From: Cercozoa sp. M6MM
Lineage: Eukaryota > Protista > Endomyxa: Ascetosporea
Assembly (NCBI GenBank): GCA_040357565.1
Contig: JBDODJ010000007.1
Strand: one strand, 5' to 3'
DNA length: 64,000 nt
Under the pieces are notes generated by a model. The model was not told the DNA's origin. It ran no database searches and was given only the letters and a program-made list of their open reading frames with translations. A program made the position numbers and the translations under genes. How positions within the stretch are numbered: the stretch's first letter is position 1; each line of letters begins with the position of its first letter. Positions 14,058 through 25,634 of this stretch are shown here, one piece after another.

Positions 14058-17000
14058 CTAGTCGCGACGACCGACTGCACGCACACACAAAACACACATA
14101 CACACGTGCACAACATCAAACACAGCAGAGAGGGCATCGCAGTACAGTTGTCGAAGAAGTTGGCAATGCCCGAGTCCGGGTGCTTGGAGGCGTAGTGCGA
14201 CGCGCCAAAGAAGCCAATGGCACCGAGCGCAAGCACACCGAAACCACCGGCCACAACGCCTGCAGCACCACAAAGGGAATCAAGCGCGCGTGTGTGTACG
14301 TGTACGTGTGTGTGGGGGGTCAAAACAAAGGGTGGAGGTACCGAGCACGGCTTTGAAGTTGCTGTTGACGACGATCTGGCCCTTCTGCGAGCGGTTGGAG
14401 AAGTTGTTGTTGCGCGTCGAGGCGTAGTAGTACTCGCCCGTCTTGTGGTTGTCGACCTTGAGGAACATCTCGAACACGGCAGGACGCTGGTTCAGCTTGC
14501 CGCAGTTCCAGTACGGGAACTCCTCTGCGGCGTCGTTGCTGGCACGCGACAGGTCGAGACACTTGTACTGCTCCATGATGCTCGGGTTGTTGCTCAGCGC
14601 CGCCTTGATCTGGCCGATGTTGTTGTTGGTGATGGCGTTCTGCAGCTCCTGCGGCATGTCCTCGAACATGAGCTCCTCGCCCAGGTCGGCGTGCGGATCG
14701 CGCGAGCCAAAGGCCGCCATCTGCGCGTCCTTGAGCTCCGGGAAGAGCGTCGAGTCCGACAGCTTCACCGGGATGTTGCCCAGAAGGTCCTGTACACACA
14801 AACACACGGGTGCTTGGTGATAGGGTAAGAAGAAAAGAGGCATGGGAAGGGAAGGAAGGGTAAGGCACCTGCAGCTGCAGGATGTTCTGCGCGTCCGAGT
14901 AGCGGAAGCCGGCGGCGTTGTTGCGGCCGTTGTTCTGGTTGAACATCTTGTTGGAGAAGTGGATGTGGATGCACTCGTCCTGACCGACGTAGAGAGGGTT
15001 CGGCGTGAAGTCGTACTCCACGGACGGGTAGGCCTGCACAATGTTGCCACGACGACCACGGCACGAGAGCGACCACAGCTTGCCGCTGCGGCACTTCTTG
15101 TCGGCCTTGTTGCGCGACTTGACCTGGAAGATGTGCGAGCGATCCTGGAAGACGCGGCCAATCTGCACAGGCGGAAGGAGCAGGTGGAGGGTACCAAAAA
15201 AGGGTATCAAAGGGCAGGATTGAGGCAAAAGGGATGGTGCAGGGACGAGCCTACCTGGTTCGTGTTGAGAGCGACCGAGATGCGCGGCAGCGAGTCGTCG
15301 ACGCGCACGTACGGGTCCTGGTACACGGGACAGTTGGGCTCGCCACCCTTGCAGTTCTTGGACTTGTCCCAGATGAAGGCCTCGTCCTCCTTGCCCTTGA
15401 TCGGGATGTGCGCCTTGTGCGGCACGTCGCCCGTCGTGATGTTGTATCGGATGCGCAGGATGCAGTTCTTGTCGGCCATGTCCTCCGGCACCTCCCACCA
15501 GTAGCCTGAGCGACAACACCAGGGGGTGAGGGGCTAAACGACCAGACAAAGCTGGAGAGAGAACGAGGAAGCCTGTACCAGCTGTGGCAGGCGGGCCCTG
15601 ATCGTCAATGTCCTCGGCCTTGCCGTTGACGTCGACGAAGAAGGCGTTGCCGAGGTGGTTGTCACGCGACAGCGGGTGCACCATACAGTCCGGCTCGTCG
15701 AGACCGAAGGACTCCTCCGGCAGCCAGAAGCCCTCGATGGCCGTGCACTCCTCCTTCGTGATCGGCATCACTGAAATACAGGGGAGGAGGGGTAGGTAGA
15801 GAACAACAGACACAGAGGGGGAGGGATGAGGAGTCGTACCATAGGCACCGTCGTAGTTGGTGCCCTGGTTGGTGCCGCGCAGCTTCTGCGCCATGCGCAA
15901 ACGGCACTCCTTGGAGGCCTCGGAGAAGTCGTCGCCGTTCTCGTCGCACGAGCAGCGGTAGCGCGACTTGACGTTCTGCGACTCCTTGACGTAGTAGTCG
16001 CACTCCTCAATGTGGCCCGGCATGATGACAATGTCGCGCCACGGCGAGCCGCGCCAGTACGGGTAGTAGTCACGCTCCTCCGGGCACTCGAACGCATGGC
16101 GGTTGCCGTTGTTGTTCTGCCGCGTGTAGACGGCGGCGTAGTCGCGGCGCGACCGGTCGGCCCACCAAAGACCGAGGTTGCGCTGCGTGTGCGAGCAGCG
16201 GAAGTAGTGCTCGTAGCTCTCGTGCACGCCGTACTCGATGCCGCAGCGCACCAGCGTGCACTCGTTCGACACAGTGTTGCGGCACTCCTCCACCATGGCC
16301 GGCGTGGCCGAGTAGAAGTACTGGTGCAACGCGTCTAGCGGGTCCGTGAAGTCGCCGTTGGTCAGACCGCAGTCGGCCAGCACGGTCGCCGTGTTCTCCG
16401 AGTTGCGCGAGTTCGTCTATGTGTCACAAGCAAGAGATGCGGGGGAGGTAAAAGTATCAGGCGATGCACAGGGAGCTACCTTGGTGTCAGTGCGACCGTC
16501 GTTGTCGTTCTTGGTGGCGTAGCGGATTCGCTGCGTGCCGTCGCGGTCGTTGTTGAACTGGAACTGACGGTACTGGTACTCGGGGTACGTGTCGTCAAAG
16601 TTGGCCATATCGCCAGTCGGGTAGCCGTCGCGGATCTGCGGGTTCTCCGCGTCGCACATGTACTGCACGATGATGTCACAGTACGTGTTTGAGTGCGGGC
16701 CGCAGCCATGCTGGTTGGTCCACTCGAGCCAAACCTAATCACATACCATGGTACCATGGATGTGCACAAAGGAAGCAAAGCAAGTTAAGAGACAACACAC
16801 CCGCTCACCGACGTAGAACGTGTCAAGCGGACCCGAAGTACCGGCCGGCGTGGACTCGCCGGGTTCACCAGCCCAGCCGTAGCCACCGGCGCCGTTGTTC
16901 TGCGAGTCGAACAGACGGTTGGCGTTGTCGCGGTTCTGCGACTGTTCGCGGTTGCGGTTGTTGCTGCCTGGAGGGTAGTGCAGGTAGTTGTCGCCCAAAA

Positions 17001-17058
17001 CAGGCGCCACGAGGCCCGAAAGGACCGCCATGGCCACGCAGGCTGCCGAGAATCGCAT
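14058..17058 (-). CDS. Protein DD3-3-like type I membrane protein
   Basis: Signal peptide MRFSAACVAMAVLSGLVAPVLG is followed by DNYLHYPPGSNNRNRE...NANRLFDSQNNGAGGY, LEWTNQHGCG, YGVHESYEHY, FECPEERDYYPYW, SRDNHLGN, RVFQDRSH, RGRRGNIVQAYPSVEYDFTP and STRNNNFSNRSQKG. These are characteristic DD3-3 family motifs. There is a C-terminal TM segment and the protein ends NFGRRD* after a spliced last exon. Confidence 0.85.
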
Positions 17059-17896
17059 CACCGGCTGCACAAAAACAAGAAAAAATCATTAGTTACCAAG
17101 AAAAAAGCAGCGGGCCAAAAAAGCACCAACAAGAATAAAACTGGGAGAGGAAAACGCTCAAGGACACAGCTTGCACCATTCATTTTGAGATACAGCGGGC
17201 AACCTTGCACCCAGGCAAAGTGAATTCCAGCAGAATCCACGTGACAAACAAGCACGAAACTCGTGCGATCAACGAAAACTTCACAACACAAATGCGCCCC
17301 ACAGGAACAACCTAGAGCACTATGCACTTGGTACCAGAGCGTGTGTCAGACAAACTATACAAAGGCTCGTTGCGGCAGCGAAAATTTGAAGTCAGCTGAC
17401 GACACAAAGCGTGTGCAGAGTCAGATCAATCGAAATCGCGTGTCTGATTAAAACGGCAGTGGCGAGCCACCCACGACTGCACTGGGCTGCTTTACGATTG
17501 TACTGCACAGTGATGACCAGATCGCCCTACGTACGGCTCTTGGGTGGTTATAGCAAAATCGTGCGTTCAAGGTGATACGTGACAGTTGCAAGTGACCACT
17601 GCTCCTTTTGTTGTTTTTTCTGACTGGTGATCAACTGCCAGAAAGATCGACGTTCGAAAGACGTTACTTTCGTGATCGCGCGCGTGGTGGGGTCGAACCC
17701 CGAGCTGTGCGCTTCTAGCGTGCGGCAAAAGTTAGATAGTTCAGTCTTCTAAGGCCACTGTTCAGTAGTTGACCTCAGCTGACCGACTTCGCAGTTGTTA
17801 AGCCGAAGATTGATCACTTTAGTGGAGACTACCGGTGCGGCAGCTGGTGGGGCGCACTCAACAATCGGCACTCCAACTGGCGCGGCAGCAACGCTT

Positions 17897-19728
17897 TTAC
17901 TGGGTCGCTTGCGAGTAGCTGCGTGCCTCGACGGCGAACTCACGACGCACTTGATCGCCAACAAGCCCGTGCATTTCATTGAACAGGTTAACGGTGGGGT
18001 CGCAACTGCAAGCAAGCAACACAGTTCAGCTCAACAATCGAGAACTGTAGGTTCAGTTGGTACTGGCCAGGAACAAGAAGCAGACGGTCGCCGGCATTGA
18101 TGCTTCGCAGAATGGCCTTCGCCTCCTCAGAGGCAGCAGACACAAGGCCGTGCTCGTCACCGCCATCTGTGTCCCACACAGGCATACTTAATAACAGCAC
18201 GTGTCTCAGCGAAGAGAAAGGCACTCTTGTAGACGAGATCGGGCGTGTGGATCGCCTTAATTGCTGCCTCCGATAGCTCCTACGTCAGTCACACTTGAGG
18301 TGTTCACAATACGGCAACAGAAGCACGGCATACCAATCCACAGAGACCGTTCTTTTGGAGCACTGCGGGAGCGCCGCTGTCCATCGAGCACGCCTTTGTA
18401 CCGGCATCCACCACGACCTACAACAACGTGTGAAAGCACGGGACAGTGCCAGGACCAGCGATACCCAGGGATTTTCGGCTTCGCGATTGGCCACGGAAAT
18501 CACTGTCGTCAGCACAAAGAGCGACGGCACAAAGCGACGCACGTAGGAACCGTCTTCTTGCTGGTTCCGTAAGTAATCGCAGTCCATGAAGAGATAGGAT
18601 CCCTGAAACAAAAAACACGTATCGCGATGGCTCAGGGTCTGCAATACACAGGCAGGTGGTAAATACCGGCTGTAGCTCGGTGTGCACATTCTCCTTGAGC
18701 TCGTCAACAAGACTGCCGGTACCAACACCAGTGACAAGCTCAGGCACGGGCAAACCTGCCTCGCGCAGGCCCGTATGTGTCTCTCGCACGTACTGCGCCA
18801 CCTGTGAGGCGATTGCCCGACGCTGGGACGGCGTGCGAACATGCTGCACCCACCCGTGGTAGGCTTGCAGGCCACCGAAACTGCCAACACAGTCACCCAT
18901 GATACTTACATAAATGAATGTAGGCAGATGAGGTACGTGAAGCAAGGGTGTCGCAGGATCTCTTGCACCAGCGGCACCACAGCTGCACCAGGCATCACAC
19001 CGCAGCGGTGCTGGCCAACTACACGCACACATCACACTATACGCAAGTAAAACAACACCTTACACGTCGCAGGTACCATCGATTTCGACAAGCAGCGTGA
19101 GTGGACAGTCACCCAGCAAACCCGCCAGACGTTGCACTGAGAAATCATTATGTCACAATATTCTACAAAGACATGACATGCATAGAATTACCTTCCTCGA
19201 TGTTGTCGACGCACACGGAGAACTTTGCATTCTTCTCTCGCGCCAATTTCGCCAGCGAGACCAAGTACTCGGACTGCGCTTGTCCTGCGACCTCGTTGGC
19301 CAAGAGCACGTCGGGGATGTCGTTGCGCAACATTATTTCGCACTCTTGTAGCGTGGCACAACAAACACCCACGGCTCCATCCTCAACTTGCAATTGAGCA
19401 ATTTCGGCACACTGTCGCGCAGCGTTTCAGGATTCAATGCAAAAATCTGGGCACGTCAAGTGTTACCTTATGTGCTTTTGAGTGCGGGCGAATTTGCTTG
19501 CCAAACTCAGCTGCGATCTCCTTCAGCTTGCGTCGGTTCAGCGCAGCGCTATCTATGCAGGGCAAATGGTGCTGCAAGCAAGCGAGTAGACATTGTACGG
19601 CACAAAATAAACTGACCCAAGTCAAGCACAAGAGACGGAGTCTGCAATGATGCAATAAACATGGCTTGTGTCCGCAGAAAACACGATTTTAAGTCTGTTG
19701 AAGTGCGTAGGGAGCGCAGGCGATACAT
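17897..19728 (-). CDS. D-threonine aldolase / DSD1-like fold-type III PLP enzyme with an Arg-rich putative mitochondrial presequence
   Basis: Spliced motifs: LQTPSLVLDL, IRPHSKAHK (PLP Lys), GVCCATLQE, LLANEV, LVEIDVGQHRCGV, GLQAYHG, VTGVGTGS, TELQPGSYLFMD, VVDAGTKACSMDSG, GGDEHG and LVPGHCDPTVNL (metal-binding His/Asp). Confidence 0.88.
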
Positions 19729-20277
19729 CTCGGTCTGAGTTTTGCTGCCGCTATGCTGTTCATTATTGTAAAAACTATTGCTGGTTGAAAAACGATGCTT
19801 GTACATAACAAGCCTGTTCGTGGATGTTTTAATGATCAGAAAAAGATACAAGCACGCATGCGTGCATGGGATGGTTACAACGAAGACGTGCTGTTTTCTT
19901 TGTCGCCCGTTTCAGCAAACCGTCAAAAGACAGAGCTTTTTCTGCAGGCATTTTGACAGTGTCTCGCCGTGAGAAGCACGGTCCTGTGCAGTGCGCTTGA
20001 TACTGTACGCCACTTACGCTAAGTTGGCTGCACAGTAGCTACAACAGACGCGTGCTTCACCAGTGTCACTGACGGAGCGATCAGTGCTGACACGCGCTGG
20101 GACAACATCAATCAGTCAGAACAGGTGACCTTGGTCGGTCGTTGTCCTTTTCCTTGCCGCACTGTGCACACGCTCGAACGTGCACAAGCACTAGTGTGAC
20201 ACATAGCGTCTCGGCCTGATTCCATCATCCTTGGCTCCTAAGCGCGAGTCACTGATTTTGGTGGCTGGTCGCCGAAA

Positions 20278-23200
20278 AGTAGGGACTGCTTTGTATGGAT
20301 GTGCGCTTCAGCTACCATGGAATCGCATTTTTTTGGTCGCAGTGAGCTACACACCGATCAGCACGACGGTGGTGGCGAAATACCGCGCCAACTATGACTT
20401 CGATGCTGCCGGGCAGCCCGACTGCATTTCTGTTAGCGTGGGCGCCGAGGTCCTCGTCACCAATGTCGGTGTGTGCCCTGTCTTTGTGCTGATACTCAAC
20501 CAGAATGATTGCTTGTTGATATAGGTGACGACGGTTGGCTAGAAGCCGTCGTTGAAGAGTACGGCCACCTCAAGTACGGCCTCGTCCCGGAAAGCTACTG
20601 CGAGCTTGTTCAGAGCAATGTCAATCTGCCGGTACTCCTGTGTTGCCAGGGTATGTGTGGTTGTAACGCGACCCTTGCAGGTGGAAGAGCTGATGTACTC
20701 TGCCGCCGCTGAAATGTCGGCGCCCATGTCGATCGAACAGCCGAGTGGGCAGGTATGTCTGTGTCTGTGTGTGTGTGTGTGTGTGTCTGTGTGTGTATCT
20801 GTGTGTATCTGTGTCTGTTTGGTTTATGTCTGGTCCACTCAGGGCGCTCTGACCTCACAGTCGGGCCCTATCGTTCGCGAACGCTCTGGGCAGGCGCAGG
20901 AGCAGCTGAACGAGTCGTCGCGCCAGGCACTGCTGCGACGCTCGAAGAATGTCAACCGTTACGGTACCCGGTCTCTGAGCTGTCCTTGTCGTATAAAACC
21001 CCTCAATGTAGTGCCCAAGAACAGTGCCACGCGAGTCGGCATCTGGGCCTCTAACATGTCGCGTCTGACGGCGTGGTGCGGCATCATGCTGGGCGCCGTG
21101 GCTGCCGAGTTGTCGCTTGAGGACGCTCAGGACAAGGGGGTCACCAATGCCGTAGCAAGCCCTCTAGCCTGACTCTTTTATGTCTCTTTTGGATACCTGT
21201 ACCACGTTGCTGCAGAGTATTGGTCTCACTTCGACCGTGATCGGTATCCTAGTGCTGCTGTTCGAGAACACGCACGGACAGTACCGCTCGCCCACGCGCA
21301 CACCCGTCCGTGCACTGGTATGTCCTAGCTGTGCCTGTACGCTTTCACTATACACACATGCATATGTGTATGTTGCCAGGTATACCTGCTGCTGGCGATC
21401 CCGCACGCGTTCACGACGCCGACGCTGCTGGTGGGCGCCTTCTACGTGCTGGCGTCGTTCGTGCACATGATGTCGGCCCTGATGGGCGAGACCTTTGAGC
21501 CTCCTCCACGACAACGTCGTCGGTAGGCGCCTCTGAGTGTAGTCTCGGCGTGTGTGTGTATCAATGAGGTACATGTGCAGGGCCAACGGAGCTGCCTCAC
21601 GTGGCATGTGCTACTGTCTCACGGGTGACTACCGTCGCTCGCTCAAGGAGAGCGGTCGTCTGGGCGAAGTGATCTTCCTGATCTTCTTCTTCGTGGCACA
21701 GGGCCTCGCCATCACGTTCTACATGATTCACTGGTTCCACCTCAACGCCGACCAGCCCGACCGCCGACAGCTGCACCCGCTGGCGCCGATTGCCAAGGTA
21801 AGAGATTTCCCCTGGGTTGCGACCTCTGTCTGTACCCTCTGTCTGTACGGTGTTTGGGGCGGCACAGGGCTTTGGTATCTCGCTCGACATCAACTGCGCC
21901 GTGATCCTGCTACCGGTGCTGCGCACGATGCTCCGCGTGACGATTAACCGCTCCACGCGCGACCAGGGCTGCTGCAGCAAGTGCCTGCGCTGCATCATGT
22001 ACTTCATCCCGCTGGACAAGGCGCTGCACTTCCACAAGCTGTGCGGCGTGCTCATCGCCATCGGCGCCGTCGGCCACACGCTCGTGCACTTCGTGGGTAC
22101 CTCTGTCCTCATTTACCTGTCCATCTGTACTATGTGCAAGTGTACCTGTCTATATGTGCATGTATGTGTGGTGTGTGTGTGACAGGCTACGGCTACTCGC
22201 CGGAGAACTCGCTGAACAAGTTCGGCGCCGAGTCGTACTTCACGGGCGCCGCCATCTGTGCCGTTATGCTCATGATGTATGGCGCCTCCTTTCACAACAT
22301 CCGACGCGGCCAGTTCGAGGTAGGCGCAACCTATATTTTGATATTATATACATACATAATCTGTTATGTCTATGTTAGATTTTCTGGTACACGCACCACC
22401 TGTTCATCGCGTTCTACATTCTGCTCTTCATCCACGGCAAGAACTTCTGGTAAGGACACATGCACACGTTCACATTGAAAGGAAGGAAGCACGAGGTGTG
22501 TGAGTGCGCAGGAACCCTAACGTGTGGAAGGCGATTTCGGGCCCGCTGTTCCTGTACGTGTGCGAGCGCATTCTGCGCAAATGGAAGGGTTCGCAGCCTG
22601 CCGTCGTGCTGTCGGTCACGCACATGTCGGTACAGCAGGCAACTGGGTGTGGGACGAAGCGGGTCTCATCTTGTACACATAGGGCAATGGTGTCTTCTGC
22701 GTCGAGTTCGCCAAGGAGGGCGTGTTTGCCACGCGCGATGGTCGCGAGCCCTACAAGGAGGGTCAGTACATGTTCATCAACTGGTACTTTCCCCTGTGAG
22801 TCTAGGGCCATGTGCATCCCATTGTATCCCACCCCTTGTTCAGTCCGTACGTGTCGGAGCACCAGTGGCACCCGTTCACGATCAGTTCGGCGCCCGGTGA
22901 GGACAGCGTGACACTGCACATTCGTGTCATGAAGGAGGGCAGGTACTTTCACCTCCGTATTCCTCCCATGCGCTGTTGTTATTCTCATGTATTTGTCCTT
23001 CTGTGTTTATCCTTCTGGACCGACAGTTGGACGGCGCAGGTCGAGGACTTCTTCCGCCTGATGGGTCCCATCGACGCCACCACACTTGAATTGAAGCGAC
23101 ACACCAAAGACGGTACAGCAGCCTGTCTCTGCCTGTGTGTGTGTGTGTGTGTGCATACATATGTATTGCCGTGTGGGCATCACAGGACTGCTGCCGGGCC

Positions 23201-24144
23201 AGATCACGGGTCCCGACGGTCGTCCCATCCTCCGCGTGGACGGACCGCACAGTGCTCCGACGCAGCACGTGCGCTCGTACAAGTCGGCGGTACTCCCCCT
23301 TGCTGCTTCTCTCCTCACATTGTATTGACGCCATTCCACCCCTGCAGATGATCGTGGGCGCCGGTATCGGTGTTACGCCGCTCTGCTCAACACTCAAGTC
23401 GATCGTGCACTACACCTGGCCCTACAGTATCGGCGAGGGCTACCCGCAGAACGCCACCTTTGTCTGGGTACCCTTTAGTCGCTGGTGTACCCACTGACTT
23501 GCGTTACTCCCTCGTGTGTTTGGTACTCAGGTGTGCGCGCACCGTGACGTCGACAACTTCCGCTGGATGTGCCGCATCATCAAGGAGTGCGCCAACACGA
23601 TTGCGTCGCTGCGGCAAAACTCGCCTGAGACCATGCGCAACAAGAACTTTGAGTTCCACGTCTACATCACGTCGCCGCCGCCGGACGCGCGCGACCCTAA
23701 CCCTGTGGTATCCCGGTCTGTGCGCTTACACTTGCCTTCATAGTGTACACCCCTCGCGGTAGATCGACGATGACGTGGGCTTCTGGGGCCAGAAGCGCAA
23801 GCTTAAGGACGAGGAGCAGTTCCGCGTGTCGTGCGGCTGGGACGAGCTGGCTCTGTACAAGGCACTCAAGAACCCGGCGCGCTACGAGAGCGTCGGCGAT
23901 ATCCAGGTGCACAGCGGTCGTCCCAACTGGGATGTGCACTTCCAGGAGATGGCCAACCGTCACCGCGGCGAGAAGACCGCCGTCGCTTTCTGCGGCAACC
24001 CGATGATCGCTGCGGTATACCCTGCTCGGTCTGTTTGTACAGTACTCCGTCTACGCTTGTCTGCAGGACCTGGCCACCAAGTGCCACCAGTACAGCGACC
24101 AGGCCTCGGGCACCTACCTCACGCTGCACAAGGAGAACTTCTAG
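20278..24144 (+). CDS. NADPH oxidase: SH3 - p22phox-like - NOX2/gp91phox-like fusion (about 21 exons)
   Basis: About 20 GT-AG introns splice into one open frame. SH3: YRANYDFDAAGQPDCISVSVGAEVLVTNVGDDGWLEA...GLVPESYCE. p22phox-like four-TM block at 21012-21522. NOX core: heme His motifs FHKLCG...GHTLVH and WYTHHLF...FIHG, FAD motif HPFTISSAP, VDGPHSAP, NADPH motif GAGIGVTP, GRPNW, FCGNP, and the terminal HKENF*. No EF-hands seen. Confidence 0.92.
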
Positions 24145-24591
24145 CTAGCGTGCGCTGCACGTGTAAATGTACAGGTCGCACCGCGCTGCTGACGCATCGC
24201 ATATATAACCCGAGTCGAGCTGTAGTCGAGTTTGTTTAAATTTCTTATCTGTGCGATCCGGACTTCCCTCGCCTGACTGGCGTGGAGCTACATCGAACCA
24301 TCGCCGGCACGTTGACCGGACGAATCGACGAATTTCCATGCAAGAGTTTCGTTTCTCCGTGCCGAGTGTCAGTTCCGGTCGACATCCTCTTAACGGCACA
24401 CCATCAGATGGTGATGGCACCGCGTCGCTGACCGAACAGATCTCTGCAGGACTAAGTTCGGTTTCGTGTAAGTTGACCGATTACATATATCGATCAGAAT
24501 CGGCGTGGACGTTGACTACTCACTCGAGCGTCACTCACATTAAAGTGACCGAATGATACACGGGTACGCAGCGCAGTGTTCAGCAGTAGTT

Positions 24592-25412
24592 TCATTCGGC
24601 AAGCAGCGGCGAGTGCGTGGTTTCGGCACATGTATTCAGCAGGGCCAGCTTGGTGTCGGCGGACACCTGCAGAGTTCGCACATACAAACATCCCTTACAG
24701 GAAGTGGCTGAGAAAACGAACTACGCTTCATCCAATACCAAAGAGTCGACTTCCTCAGGTTGCATTTTCCTGCCGTTCACACAGTTTTAGAAGCAACAGA
24801 CGGGAATAAATTCAATCACTGTCAAGAAAGGAAGCACAGATTGCAGTCGGCATAGTAACCGCCGTTAACCACTGAGAAACAGAGAATTCAAAGTCCTGTT
24901 GAATTGACAACTGTGCTGTACCCTCAGGAGCGAAGCAGCAGTAGACACCAGTCGCAGCTCCTTGTGGCACTGTTCTGCTCGCACGTAAAACACATGCCCA
25001 GTATTGGTGATTGCATATTGATAGATGCTGGAGGTCAGAAGGTAAATTTATCAATACTTGAAAAACGGTCGCAGAACAGTCTTGGCCAAGGAGATTTTCG
25101 TTCGACTCATGTGCCGGCCTAGATCGCTGCTCGGAATAACTCCTACGGGTCACAGACACATGGGTTACCTCTGGCACAGTTACACAGGGAGGAGTACCAG
25201 GGTGCAAAGAGACCGCCGTGACACCTTCCAGTCTGCGTGAACAATCATTGCATCCTAGAGGTACAGTACATAATTTTTAAGCATACTTGGACAATGCGAC
25301 GGCATGGAGTGCATTCGAAAGTTTGCTATCACCGTATCGTTCTTTCTGTAAAGGAGAGTGGTTTGGTGTGGGCGCAGTGTATAAAGTCAATGACAAATGT
25401 GCGTGTTTGCGC

Positions 25413-25469
<57 letters not shown>

Positions 25470-25577
25470 NNNNNNNNNNNNNNNNNNNNNNNNNNNNNNN
25501 NNNNNNNNNNNNNNNNNNNNNNNNNNNNNNNNNNNNNNNNNNNNNNNNNNNNNNNNNNNNNNNNNNNNNGTGTGTGT

Positions 25578-25634
<57 letters not shown>

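Noticed and set aside
17675-17760. tRNA or Pol III gene suggested by a minus-strand GGTTCGACCCC B-box
   Set aside because: The T-stem has two mismatches and no acceptor or anticodon stems could be folded.
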